From positions 1 to 64,000 of IMG/VR virus record IMGVR_UViG_3300042473_001265: a stretch of DNA of 64,000 nt; one strand, given 5' to 3'. A program made the position numbers and the translations under genes. Of this stretch, positions 9,701 to 18,856 are shown piece by piece. Every line of letters begins with the position of its first letter. The first letter of the stretch is position 1. The notes below the pieces were generated by a model that saw only the letters and a list, made by a program, of their open reading frames with translations, was not told the DNA's origin and ran no database searches.

Positions 9701-10473
9701 AAATTTTACTTACAGGTCATAAAGGTTTTATTGGCAGTCACATGTTGACTGCGTTAAAAAACGCAAATCACGAAGTGACCACATACGACTGGAACGACGG
9801 TGCCAGACCCGGTGTGATCGATCAAGATTGGGTCATACACCTGGGTGCCATCAGCAGTACCACAGAGCGTGATGTTGACCGAGTACTGCGTCAGAACTAT
9901 GAATTTTCTGCGGAACTGTTTGACGAATGCAAACGATTTGGTGTGAACTTTCAGTACGCCAGTTCGGCCAGTGTGTATGGCCTGATCAGTGACTTTGCTG
10001 AACACAGTCCAGTTGATCCCAAAACTCCTTACGCCTGGAGCAAGTATTTGTTTGAGCGACATCATGCCCGACATCAAGGTGGCAACACAGCACAAGGGTT
10101 CCGCTATTTCAATGTGTACGGATCTCAAGGTGAAGACCACAAAGGCAATCAGGCCAGTCCGCACAGCCAGTTTCGGCGACAGGCCGAAACCACTGGCACT
10201 ATCAAGGTGTTTGAAAACAGTGAATTGTATCATCGAGACTTTGTGCATGTGAGCAAGATCGTTGACACACACCTGCGGTTCATGTCAATTCCTGAAAGTG
10301 GCATATGGAATGTGGGCACTGGTAAGCCACAGAGTTTTATGGAGGTGGCGAAACAATACGGAGTGCCGATCACCACTGTGCCCATGCCGGATATACTTAA
10401 AGATTCATATCAAAAGTACACCTGTGCTGACATGACCAAATACAATGCCACACTGAAAAAATATTCAGTTTGA
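9697..10473 (+). CDS. hldD: ADP-L-glycero-D-manno-heptose 6-epimerase-like NAD-dependent epimerase
   Basis: TGHKGFIGS, GAISSTTE, YASSASVYG, YAWSK, FRYFNVYG..EDHKG.QAS. Confidence 0.8.
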   Translation: MKILLTGHKGFIGSHMLTALKNANHEVTTYDWNDGARPGVIDQDWVIHLGAISSTTERDVDRVLRQNYEFSAELFDECKRFGVNFQYASSASVYGLISDFAEHSPVDPKTPYAWSKYLFERHHARHQGGNTAQGFRYFNVYGSQGEDHKGNQASPHSQFRRQAETTGTIKVFENSELYHRDFVHVSKIVDTHLRFMSIPESGIWNVGTGKPQSFMEVAKQYGVPITTVPMPDILKDSYQKYTCADMTKYNATLKKYSV

Positions 10474-10499
10474 ATTTGGTCACTGTGTCAAGATAAATT

Positions 10500-10760
10500 A
10501 TGTCCATGTCAACCGCTGTTGCAAAACGATCTAAAACTTTCAGTTTCGAACTGCGAGCAGCTGAGAGTTTTCAACACACCCGAAAAATTTCCAAACCGTT
10601 TGGGGCGCTGGACTCTGTGATCAACTGGTGTAAAAGCGAATGCACCGGTGAGTGGCGCTGGGAATTGGTAACAGTCAGTTCGGATATAAGTCCGGGACAA
10701 TATATTTTTTACTTTGATTCAGATCGCGATTGTGCAGCATTTTCGCTGCAATGGTGTTAG
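10500..10760 (+). CDS. Small protein, F-x-L-x-W family
   Basis: Ends FYFDSDRDCAAFSLQWC. Confidence 0.65.
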   Translation: MSMSTAVAKRSKTFSFELRAAESFQHTRKISKPFGALDSVINWCKSECTGEWRWELVTVSSDISPGQYIFYFDSDRDCAAFSLQWC

Positions 10761-10774
10761 TACTTTTGCTGTAC

Positions 10775-10803
10775 TTGACTCCAAACCCTAGATCAGCTAT
10801 AAT
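10775..10803 (+). promoter_or_regulatory. sigma70 promoter
   Basis: TTGACT-17-TATAAT. Confidence 0.75.
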
Positions 10804-10828
10804 ACAAGCTCACTCACTAGGAAACACC

Positions 10829-11053
10829 ATGGATATTCACCTTACAAATCTCACTCCGTACCAGGTCGAAATGCTGGACACAATGTGGCATCTTGACAGC
10901 GAATCAGAATACCTGGACTGGTACGAACAGCTCACAGCCGAAGAGCAATGCTGTGCCGATGTGCTACAACGCTTGGTGATTCTTGAGGCCATGGAAGAAA
11001 CTCTGGGCAACTGTGCTGAAGCCCGTTCAGTGCTGCAACAATTTCGGTTATGA
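10829..11053 (+). CDS. Hypothetical acidic protein
   Basis: AGGA RBS before ATG 10829. Confidence 0.6.
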   Translation: MDIHLTNLTPYQVEMLDTMWHLDSESEYLDWYEQLTAEEQCCADVLQRLVILEAMEETLGNCAEARSVLQQFRL

Positions 11054-11268
11054 ACCAAGACGGCCGAACAATCGAACATGTGATGCGTGACATCAAGAGC
11101 CTGACAGAGTATCAGGTTCAGATCACTATTCCGGAAGGATTTAGGTTTTCTGGAGTGGTGCCGTTTGACATGAACATTGTGGCCGGCGAAGCTTTTGTCA
11201 CAGTGGTAGCACCCAGCTGGGACGAAGCAGTGTTGAGAGTGCAGGATTTTTTCAAACAACCTCAATAG
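11050..11268 (+). CDS. Hypothetical protein
   Basis: ATGA overlap. Confidence 0.6.
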   Translation: MNQDGRTIEHVMRDIKSLTEYQVQITIPEGFRFSGVVPFDMNIVAGEAFVTVVAPSWDEAVLRVQDFFKQPQ

Positions 11269-11279
11269 GCGAATTTATT

Positions 11280-11624
11280 GTGACTGAAGAAATTGACGAA
11301 CGGCCAACCATGTTTGCCATCATGTGGAACTGCAATGGACTGGAAGCTGTGGTTCGTGTGCCCAATCCGGCTGACCGTACATTTGCACTGTTAAAGGGTG
11401 TTGAACCACCAAGGCCGCCCAACATCATGCATTGGGAATTGCGAGCTAGATACAATAGCCAACGCCACTACGAAATCTACGTCATTACTGCACAACCGGG
11501 TATCACTGAAGATGACATTCGTGACATGTTCGAAGCTGATCCACAAACAGCAGCCGACACCATTCGGCGCATTGGTCACAAGCACTACAGTGATAGACAA
11601 ATCAAGAAAGAGGTGATTGTATGA
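11280..11624 (+). CDS. Hypothetical protein
   Basis: ORF packing; start uncertain. Confidence 0.65.
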   Translation: MTEEIDERPTMFAIMWNCNGLEAVVRVPNPADRTFALLKGVEPPRPPNIMHWELRARYNSQRHYEIYVITAQPGITEDDIRDMFEADPQTAADTIRRIGHKHYSDRQIKKEVIV

Positions 11625-11760
11625 TATCTCCATAAATTATTACCAGTTTCAAGTTATAGTTGACACAAATTAATTTTTATGTTAACATACAATTTCAATT
11701 ATCGATGGACATGCCACTGGCTACGCCGGAGAAAATCACAATTTAAAAAGGTATTTAGAA

Positions 11761-12966
11761 ATGACAACAAACTTTATTTCACCCGCTGTACCGCAGAGTT
11801 ATGCGGATCAACAGAACGCACAGTACAATCACAGTGGTTCTAAATTCGTTGACCTAAAACAGCGTTTCAATGACACACTCTCCACTCTTCTGTCCATGAA
11901 GTCCTCAGGAGTTCGAAGTCAACTCAAGAATGCCATTGCGGTATTCCAAAAAAACAATCCACTTGTTAAATGTTTTGAAGACTTGCAACTATGCGTGGCT
12001 GGTCTTACTCCCATGTCGGACATTTTGATCGACATCACAATCCAACGAATTCTTAACCTAACCTGGGTAATTGAAATACTTAGAAACTTCCGCGAGGTGC
12101 AAGCTGATCCTATTAAACTATATGAGGTCACAGGCGGCGGAGATTTAGCCAAATTATATCCTGTGGGCACTAAATTATTTGCAAGTTGGGACGCCCAACA
12201 CACAGCAATTGTGTATTGGATTATTGCAGTTATGATTTTTAATCAAGATCCTCGTAAGGTTATGGTTCCCAGTATTCTTTACAAAATAAAAAATCGTGCA
12301 GATATTCGTGAAAACTTTGTGAGTGGCAATAGTGACATTGGTAAATTGCGTTTAGACAGTATTGACTTGTACCGTCAGATGGTGCTAGGTGTTCGACTTG
12401 ATGGCAGTAAAAAGAGTGAATGGGTTGAAGCCGAGCTAAAACAACAATACCTAGAACAAGCAGGATTGTTTGTTACAGCGGAAAAGTTTGGAGACACACA
12501 TATGTCAGGTGCTATCAGTCGTATGACAGAAATCGACAAATACACCAGTGACACTATTCGTAAATTCTGTATGTACACTACCACCATTCCTACTCCGCGG
12601 AATATTGTTTCGCAGGAGATTGAGATCATGTGTGCATGGTTTAACATGGCCAAAGAAGATGGAATAGACTACACCGATGATGAAATTGTTAGTCTAGGAG
12701 ATCACTTGCATCAATTATTTGGGTCAGACTTTTACGAATCAAGTGATTTTTGGGTAAAGGTGCGCAAGGCTTATGAGAATTGGCATAAAAAATACTATGC
12801 AAATATGCCGGTACAGCATCAACCCAAACACATCAAGGTGGCTAAAAATTGGAATACAGGTGGTACATTTTTGTGGCATCAATTGTCCAAAACGTGGACA
12901 GGTGGACGCATTCCTGCCTTGAACAGTAGCGTTCCATTTATACCTGCTCGAAAGGATTTATATTAA
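11761..12966 (+). CDS. ParB/Srx-fold (DUF262/DGQHR-like) protein
   Basis: IDITIQR...FASWDAQHT resembles the (Y/I)QR...DGQ(H/Q)R motifs; own promoter TTGACA at 11660. Confidence 0.5.
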   Translation: MTTNFISPAVPQSYADQQNAQYNHSGSKFVDLKQRFNDTLSTLLSMKSSGVRSQLKNAIAVFQKNNPLVKCFEDLQLCVAGLTPMSDILIDITIQRILNLTWVIEILRNFREVQADPIKLYEVTGGGDLAKLYPVGTKLFASWDAQHTAIVYWIIAVMIFNQDPRKVMVPSILYKIKNRADIRENFVSGNSDIGKLRLDSIDLYRQMVLGVRLDGSKKSEWVEAELKQQYLEQAGLFVTAEKFGDTHMSGAISRMTEIDKYTSDTIRKFCMYTTTIPTPRNIVSQEIEIMCAWFNMAKEDGIDYTDDEIVSLGDHLHQLFGSDFYESSDFWVKVRKAYENWHKKYYANMPVQHQPKHIKVAKNWNTGGTFLWHQLSKTWTGGRIPALNSSVPFIPARKDLY

Positions 12967-12967
12967 T

Positions 12968-13543
12968 ATGCCTACACTACAAGAAAGCATGCAGAACATG
13001 CGTGTTAAAAATTATACTAGGGTCAAGCGTAACGACAAGGCATATCGTCAGTGCGAGGAATGGGCAGTTGTAGCCCTTGAACGCCTATTAAAGTTATATC
13101 GTAACAATGTCGTTGAAGAAGATATGCAAGCTCGTTTATGGCGTGATGATATGGACAAAGCTATTCGTCGTTATCAGGAGTATGCTATTCAGGGACGAAT
13201 CAAAAGCCACTACAACCAAAGTGGGGTCAGTTTAGCTGCCAAGGATGTGACGTTTGAGCATGTAATTCCACTTTGTGTGGTTCGTGATCTCTTAATTGAT
13301 GGCAAAATAACTATTCAGCAGGCTATCAACATGCCTACCTGTCGGGTGAGCAAAAAAGTCGACAAAGCCTTGCGTGAAGCCAGTTTGCATGATAGCACTC
13401 CAGACGGATGGACTTTTTTCAAACGCTACCAGCTAATTGCACCAGATATTGAAATTAAAACTTTTAACGGCAAGTCAATAGACAATCTTGACACTTGGAC
13501 GTTAGAAGACCACTATCGTTTTTTTAATGTTGTGGAGGAATAA
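12968..13543 (+). CDS. HNH-like (EHxxP) protein
   Basis: VTFEHVIPL motif; coupled to the upstream gene. Confidence 0.45.
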   Translation: MPTLQESMQNMRVKNYTRVKRNDKAYRQCEEWAVVALERLLKLYRNNVVEEDMQARLWRDDMDKAIRRYQEYAIQGRIKSHYNQSGVSLAAKDVTFEHVIPLCVVRDLLIDGKITIQQAINMPTCRVSKKVDKALREASLHDSTPDGWTFFKRYQLIAPDIEIKTFNGKSIDNLDTWTLEDHYRFFNVVEE

Positions 13544-13544
13544 C

Positions 13545-13976
13545 ATGAATACAAATATGGTAAAACCACAACTTTTAATGTTTGCATACGGGATGAATAC
13601 CAATCAGGATGAGATGACACGCCGTTGCCCTGGTGCCCGAAGCATGGGTCATGCTCGCCTGATTGATCATGTGTTTCGTTTTGCGTTTCATGCTGATGTT
13701 GAAGCATGTGAAGGCAGCTATGTTGACGGAGTACTATGGGAAATCACTCCGGAGAATCTTGAGGCACTGGACCAGTTGGAAGGATATCCCAGCTATTACG
13801 ATCGCTGTGCTCTTGAAGTGGTGCATGAGTCAAGGACCTATCATGCACTGACTTATCGGATGCAGCCAGGACACCCGGATGCTGCACCCATCAATCGATA
13901 TTTTGACCTGGTGCTGGAGGGCTATCAATCACACAGTGTACCCGTAGAACAACTGTATAATTCTATAGTACTTTAG
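13545..13976 (+). CDS. Gamma-glutamylcyclotransferase (AIG2-like)
   Basis: FAYGMN.N...M..RCP, GVLWEI, LDQLEGYP..Y. Confidence 0.85.
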   Translation: MNTNMVKPQLLMFAYGMNTNQDEMTRRCPGARSMGHARLIDHVFRFAFHADVEACEGSYVDGVLWEITPENLEALDQLEGYPSYYDRCALEVVHESRTYHALTYRMQPGHPDAAPINRYFDLVLEGYQSHSVPVEQLYNSIVL

Positions 13977-14023
13977 TACTACTTTTTGCACCGTAAAGTA
14001 GTACTTTTTTTATGTGCGAAAAA

Positions 14024-14086
14024 GGTTGACCCCAAATGCCCAAAATGCTATAATATACACATAAACAGCAAACAGGAGTCAGAATG
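14024..14086 (+). repeat. Promoter+leader+RBS cassette, copy 1
   Basis: GGTTGACC-17-TATAATATACACATAAACAGCAAACAGGAGTCAGAATG. Confidence 0.75.
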
Positions 14087-14359
14087 TTTTACATCGTCGC
14101 AAAAGCTACCGGTCTTATCGTAACAGACGGTCCCAACCGAACCCGTGCATACAAAACTTTCCCTGCGGCTCACGCCACCCGCACTCGTCTTTGCCGCAAA
14201 GCAGGTTGGACTGTGGACCAACTGAACATTGTGAGCCGTGACACTTACCGGACTCCCAAGATGACTGTGAAGAATTTGATGACTGGCGCACCTGTGGAAA
14301 TTGATGCAGACACTCCTTGGTCGTGCAACCCTGCGTCAGAAACTTACTGGTCAATGTAA
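14084..14359 (+). CDS. Hypothetical early protein
   Basis: Strong promoter/RBS; C-terminal KNLMTG.PVEIDADTPWSCNPASETYWSM. Confidence 0.75.
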   Translation: MFYIVAKATGLIVTDGPNRTRAYKTFPAAHATRTRLCRKAGWTVDQLNIVSRDTYRTPKMTVKNLMTGAPVEIDADTPWSCNPASETYWSM

Positions 14360-14362
14360 AAC

Positions 14363-14428
14363 GGTTGACAGTAATTGCCAAAACCGTTATAATTAACACA
14401 TACAGAAACAAAACAGGAGTTAGATATG
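14363..14428 (+). repeat. Promoter+leader+RBS cassette, copy 2
   Basis: GGTTGACA-17-TATAATTAACACATACAGAAACAAAACAGGAGTTAGATATG. Confidence 0.75.
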
Positions 14429-14821
14429 GAATTCGCAATCTTTGCAGCAGTAGCAATTTTGTCACATTTTATTTCAGCAGGAATTGTTGGATCACTCCAA
14501 TCAAAGTTTGCTAAACTGCAAGACTTAGGTGGGATTTTATCTGTAATCTTATTCTTTGGGTTGTACTTTGGCGGGTTAGGGATTTATAATCATTACAATA
14601 AATCCGCCAACATGGAAACAACTGCAACTAAGTTAACCAAACAAATTCTTGAACAAAATAAGTTAACATTCTTGAGGTCCGAAGTTATTGCAAATAATGA
14701 CACTACACTTGTTCAAAAGATATTTACAAAAGAACTTACTACACTAGAGTGTACCAGTACCCTCAAAGATGACATTGTGTCGACTAATTGTAAGCAGACG
14801 TTTAAAATTAATCAAAGCTAA
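14426..14821 (+). CDS. Two-TM membrane protein, AT-rich
   Basis: Two hydrophobic segments. Confidence 0.65.
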   Translation: MEFAIFAAVAILSHFISAGIVGSLQSKFAKLQDLGGILSVILFFGLYFGGLGIYNHYNKSANMETTATKLTKQILEQNKLTFLRSEVIANNDTTLVQKIFTKELTTLECTSTLKDDIVSTNCKQTFKINQS

Positions 14822-14839
14822 TTTACAAAAGGAAAAAAT

Positions 14840-15085
14840 ATGACTATTGTAGTATGCATTATAGTATTTGCAGGGCTTGTTTGGTTTCTTCTGAAAGACA
14901 CACACAAATCTCCAGCGCCCATGACCGAGCATGAATTAGATAACGAAGGGTTGAGTCCTCAAGAAATTCGAAGAGAACTCCGAGCTCAAAGAAATGAAGC
15001 AAGGATTCATAGTCAAACGCAGAGTCAAGCTATTAGAACTGCTAACCAAGTTTCTAAGACCGTTGTTAAAATGTTAAAAAAATAA
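14840..15085 (+). CDS. Small membrane-anchored protein, AT-rich
   Basis: N-terminal TM helix; AAGGA RBS. Confidence 0.65.
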   Translation: MTIVVCIIVFAGLVWFLLKDTHKSPAPMTEHELDNEGLSPQEIRRELRAQRNEARIHSQTQSQAIRTANQVSKTVVKMLKK

Positions 15086-15098
15086 TATGACTGATTTT

Positions 15099-15161
15099 GG
15101 TTGACCAATAATTGCCATTCTGCTATAATTAACACTTAAACAGCAACAAGGAGTCACTATG
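15099..15161 (+). repeat. Promoter+leader+RBS cassette, copy 3
   Basis: GGTTGACC-17-TATAATTAACACTTAAACAGCAACAAGGAGTCACTATG. Confidence 0.75.
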
Positions 15162-15416
15162 TCAGCACTGAACACTTACCTGGATCGTAAAAATTCTTTT
15201 GCCAAACTGTTTGGACAGCGAGCCCTGAGCCTGCAGAACGCCACAGATCGTCAGCGTATTGCAGACAGCATTGATGCTGACCTAAGCCCAGAGAATTTGA
15301 CCTGCGATGGTGAACTGAGCCGCAGTCAAGTTCAGACTCGCTACCGTGCCTTGACAGCCGCCGCCAAAGAACTCCAGAAGCTGGACCCTTCAGTTAAGTT
15401 TTACGAATTTGCTTGA
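15159..15416 (+). CDS. Hypothetical early protein
   Basis: Strong promoter/RBS; LSPENLTCDGELS motif. Confidence 0.7.
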   Translation: MSALNTYLDRKNSFAKLFGQRALSLQNATDRQRIADSIDADLSPENLTCDGELSRSQVQTRYRALTAAAKELQKLDPSVKFYEFA

Positions 15417-15426
15417 GAGTCCAAAA

Positions 15427-15714
15427 ATGAAGTGCAATCGATGCGGACACGATGACCTGGGCACAGGCGACACAGCTCACCCATGCGGTCCTGTAAATGT
15501 CATGCCCATCGTGACTGATAATAAATTCAAGTTCTGGGCTGATCCTAGGTTTGAAATCCTGGCAGAAATGGACAAACTATTGAACGGTAGCAAGATCTGG
15601 GGTGGCCAGGAATGGAGCTATCATCCTATTCATCCTGTGAAATATCGTCCTGTGGCTGAAAAAGTTCGAGCAGCAATGGATGCATTAAAAGCAGAATACG
15701 GAATTGAAGAATGA
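15427..15714 (+). CDS. Hypothetical protein with CxxC
   Basis: MKCNRCGH; gene packing. Confidence 0.55.
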   Translation: MKCNRCGHDDLGTGDTAHPCGPVNVMPIVTDNKFKFWADPRFEILAEMDKLLNGSKIWGGQEWSYHPIHPVKYRPVAEKVRAAMDALKAEYGIEE

Positions 15715-15827
15715 CATTGTATACCATAAGTTGGACTCAACCTTACACAGCCTGGACTCCTTGGGAGTTGCCCATAACTGACCTGACTGCGGCTCAGGCA
15801 GTTATCAAAAGGATTCAAGCACTATGA
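15711..15827 (+). CDS. Very small hypothetical protein (38 aa)
   Basis: Read manually: MTLYTISWTQPY...KRIQAL; ATGA overlaps at both ends. Confidence 0.5.
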   Translation: MTLYTISWTQPYTAWTPWELPITDLTAAQAVIKRIQAL

Positions 15828-16177
15828 ACGGATGGACTACAATTGAAAAAGTTCGCAGACTTGAGCAAGAAGTTGATAAGCTCGGACTTAAATTTGCCAG
15901 ATACCCACACGGTGACTGGACCGAAAATCACAACGCACTTAGCCTTATGCCCAAAGACACAGAATCGTTGCCTATATACAGCAGAGATGCTTCGATATAT
16001 GCCGGAAGTTTGGAGGGGGTAGAACATTGGCTAAAGGGAGTTGCGTGGGCTCGTGAATACGATCTTATGTTGGGAGTATCGACCAGCAAAAAACGAGATC
16101 GTAAAGAACAAGACCAGCGCAATAAACACACCTTGAGTCGTGTGCGCGGTGAAACAGTAGTGCAAAAAGAGCAGTGA
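15824..16177 (+). CDS. Hypothetical protein
   Basis: Gene packing. Confidence 0.65.
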   Translation: MNGWTTIEKVRRLEQEVDKLGLKFARYPHGDWTENHNALSLMPKDTESLPIYSRDASIYAGSLEGVEHWLKGVAWAREYDLMLGVSTSKKRDRKEQDQRNKHTLSRVRGETVVQKEQ

Positions 16178-16208
16178 CAATTTTTCATTGAACTAAACAG
16201 GAGACAAA

Positions 16209-16559
16209 ATGGGACTAGACATGAATGCGTATGTGGCCAGTGGACCCGATCAAGAGGCCAGCTCGCGAGAACTGGCCTACTGGCGCAAGCATCCTAATCT
16301 GCATGGCTGGATGGAACAACTCGCTAAATCAAAAAATCTACAGTACGGCTCATTTAACGGCGTTGAACTAGAACTGACCTGGGCAGACATTGATGCACTG
16401 GAGCAGGCAGTGACGCATAAGCAATTGCCGGGCACTGGTGGGTTCTTTTTTGGCCGCGATGCTGATGAACATTATCGAGAAAAAGATCTTGAATTTATCA
16501 AGGCTGCTCGTGCAGAACTGTTTCTGGGCCTGCGAGTGTTTTACAACTCAAGTTGGTAA
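16209..16559 (+). CDS. Conserved phage protein
   Basis: MGLDM...ELAYWRKHPNLHGWM...GFFFG...YNSSW; AGGAG RBS. Confidence 0.75.
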   Translation: MGLDMNAYVASGPDQEASSRELAYWRKHPNLHGWMEQLAKSKNLQYGSFNGVELELTWADIDALEQAVTHKQLPGTGGFFFGRDADEHYREKDLEFIKAARAELFLGLRVFYNSSW

Positions 16560-16738
16560 TGCCCATGTCAAAATACACCATTGAGCAGGACGAAGAGACC
16601 GACATGTATCATGTGGTATCGTGGACAGCCGATCCAGTGGGTCGCACCGGATCAATCTTGGCCCGCTTTCACACCTACCGCAGTGCAGTTGAATACATGC
16701 TGGACCAAGGACTAGTAACAGACAAGGACGAACAATGA
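16559..16738 (+). CDS. Hypothetical protein
   Basis: TAATG overlap. Confidence 0.5.
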   Translation: MPMSKYTIEQDEETDMYHVVSWTADPVGRTGSILARFHTYRSAVEYMLDQGLVTDKDEQ

Positions 16739-16863
16739 TCAAACTTATTACGGGATTTGTGTTGGGTATGGTTGTGAGCCAAGTTGGATTTGGTGGAATT
16801 GCCAAAATTCTGGACAACTCGGTTGAACGGGCCAAGACCCAAGTGGATATTTTAGCCAAGTGA
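16735..16863 (+). CDS. Small membrane protein
   Basis: Read manually: MIKLITGFVLGMVVSQVGFGGIAKILD. Confidence 0.55.
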   Translation: MIKLITGFVLGMVVSQVGFGGIAKILDNSVERAKTQVDILAK

Positions 16864-16989
16864 TTTTGGCAAACCGGAATACAAATTATGGTTGACCATT
16901 TATTACAAATCAACTATAATATGTATATGTGTTAGGAAATGAGTCTTAACATATTTTTAAACTTAGATAGGCAACTTTAAAGGCAATTT

Positions 16990-17337
16990 ATGACAAACGA
17001 AAAGACATTCACGGTAGTTGGTACAGCAAAAAACGCAGACGGTACTGTCAAGGCCCGTTTTGCAAATGACTTGGTATCTCGTATCAAGATTTTGAACAAA
17101 GCAGGCTGCACGGATATCAACCTGCAAGAACTGCCACACGCAATGACCAAGTTGGAAGCTCTACAGTTTCTGACCGCACAAGGCGTGGCGGGCGACGCCG
17201 GCTATGCAGTAGCCAACAAGCTGTCTGAAAAGACAAAAATCGCCAAGCGTGGCGAAGTCAAAATGACTGGCAAACCTGTCAAGGCTGTCAAGTCCAAGCT
17301 CACTGCTGAACAGTTGCTGGAACAAGCCAGCGCCTAA
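16990..17337 (+). CDS. Hypothetical basic protein
   Basis: Promoter TTGACC(16892)-17-TATAAT upstream and terminator downstream. Confidence 0.75.
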   Translation: MTNEKTFTVVGTAKNADGTVKARFANDLVSRIKILNKAGCTDINLQELPHAMTKLEALQFLTAQGVAGDAGYAVANKLSEKTKIAKRGEVKMTGKPVKAVKSKLTAEQLLEQASA

Positions 17338-17354
17338 GCAGACACTGGGTACAT

Positions 17355-17380
17355 AAAAAAGCGGCTTCGGTCGCTTTTTT
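17355..17380 (+). terminator. Intrinsic terminator
   Basis: AAAAAAGCGGC-TTCG-GTCGCTTTTTT. Confidence 0.85.
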
Positions 17381-17407
17381 ATTTTGTTCAAACTGATAAC
17401 TAATGCT

Positions 17408-17647
17408 ATGCTAGAAGATGACACAGACCTAACTGACGATTTAAAAATCCAAATGCTTGGACTAATGTATGTACTTTATGAACACGGCATTGCCGAAGTA
17501 CACATGGGCGGGCTGTTGCGCATTTTGGGAGTGCCAGATGACCTGTCATTGCAGTGGGACGATCGGGTGTTGTGTCTAGATGAGAACTTTGCTAAGTATA
17601 TGAGCGACATGCAGTCGCAACAAAATACCGGCCAATTTCTACATTAA
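17408..17647 (+). CDS. Hypothetical protein
   Basis: ATG 5 nt after TAACTA, a variant of the late motif. Confidence 0.6.
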   Translation: MLEDDTDLTDDLKIQMLGLMYVLYEHGIAEVHMGGLLRILGVPDDLSLQWDDRVLCLDENFAKYMSDMQSQQNTGQFLH

Positions 17648-17892
17648 TGACCATACCATCATACAAAAGCACCACGGCAATTTATATCATAGCAGTGAGA
17701 GATGATAACGCTAAAGAAAAACTCAACCAATGGCTGGCCAGCAATCGCAATGCCAGTGCCAAAGTTGAGGATCATCGCCTACAAATTTATGACCAAAACA
17801 CCCTGAATCTTTTTACCGTAACTTGGTCACACAACATCAGCAACATTACCATTTGGGACTGTTGGAATCGGCGACATATCTATTTGAATTGA
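17647..17892 (+). CDS. Hypothetical protein
   Basis: TAATG overlap. Confidence 0.6.
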   Translation: MTIPSYKSTTAIYIIAVRDDNAKEKLNQWLASNRNASAKVEDHRLQIYDQNTLNLFTVTWSHNISNITIWDCWNRRHIYLN

Positions 17893-17968
17893 CTTGACTT
17901 CTGTGAAAAAATCAGGTATACTGTGAACAGTGTTAAGTAAAACACAAACTTTATAAAGGAAAATCAAA

Positions 17969-18157
17969 ATGACACAACACGAAACAATCGTAGCCGCTTA
18001 TGAATCTTACATCTCTGAAAACGAGAAGTTCACCACCAAAGGTGTAAAAGCTGCGGCTGCTCGGGCTAGAAAAGCTCTACAGGAAATGAGCAAAGGCATC
18101 AAAGAACGCCGCAAAGAAATCACTGCCGAAAAAGAAGCAATGGCTGTTGCCAAGTAA
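17969..18157 (+). CDS. Histone H1-like (Hc1-type) protein
   Basis: KFTTKGVKAAAARARKALQEMSK..KERRKEI; promoter TTGACT(17894)-17-TATACT. Confidence 0.7.
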   Translation: MTQHETIVAAYESYISENEKFTTKGVKAAAARARKALQEMSKGIKERRKEITAEKEAMAVAK

Positions 18158-18280
18158 ACTGCGCAGATAACGGCAAAAACATGCCGTTATTCTAATCAAA
18201 TGAGCAGAACAGGGTTGTTGGTACTAAGTATCTAACGAACCTTTGTTCGTCTAATGTGGTCAGACCACAAAGGAGAAAAT

Positions 18281-18856
18281 ATGATAGCAGTAGCAGATCA
18301 TAATTTTAGTTACAGCAATTGGGTAATTAAAATTATCAGTTTAGTCGGTGTAGTTTTTGCATTGGTAGCAGTTACATCTTGGAAGTTGGACATGTTGTCG
18401 TTTGGACTGGAGTCTTCTCGATACGAGTTTGTTTCGGCCAGTGATCGGGCCAAACAGCTGGAGTGCCTAACACGCAATATTTACTATGAAGCAGCCTCAG
18501 AACCGTTTGAGGGCAAGGTCGCTGTGGCTCAGGTCACGCTGAATCGTGTGGAAAGTGGAAACTTTGCCAACACAGTATGCGGTGTGGTCTATGAAAAAAA
18601 TGTAGTTTACCAACGGGTCATTTGCCAGTTCTCTTGGTTCTGTGATGGCACATCGGTACACAAACCCATACACGCCGCAGCGTGGAATGAAAGTTACGAA
18701 GTAGCCAAGCGGGTGCTGTTGGAAAACTTTAGACTGCCTAGTCTTACCACAGCAGTGTATTATCACGCCGACTATGTAAATCCGCAATGGGGCAAACCCA
18801 AGGTTGCCAAAATTGGACGCCATATTTTTTATTCTGAAAAGGCACAAAAAACATGA
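18281..18856 (+). CDS. Cell wall hydrolase, SleB/Hydrolase_2 family
   Basis: N-terminal TM; CLTRNIYYEA..EPFEGKVAVAQVTLNRV, CQFSW, YYHADYVNPQW, IGRHIFY. Confidence 0.9.
   Translation: MIAVADHNFSYSNWVIKIISLVGVVFALVAVTSWKLDMLSFGLESSRYEFVSASDRAKQLECLTRNIYYEAASEPFEGKVAVAQVTLNRVESGNFANTVCGVVYEKNVVYQRVICQFSWFCDGTSVHKPIHAAAWNESYEVAKRVLLENFRLPSLTTAVYYHADYVNPQWGKPKVAKIGRHIFYSEKAQKT

Noticed and set aside
15716-15823. Intergenic structured RNA
   Set aside because: Fully explained by a 38-aa ORF with ATGA overlaps at both ends.
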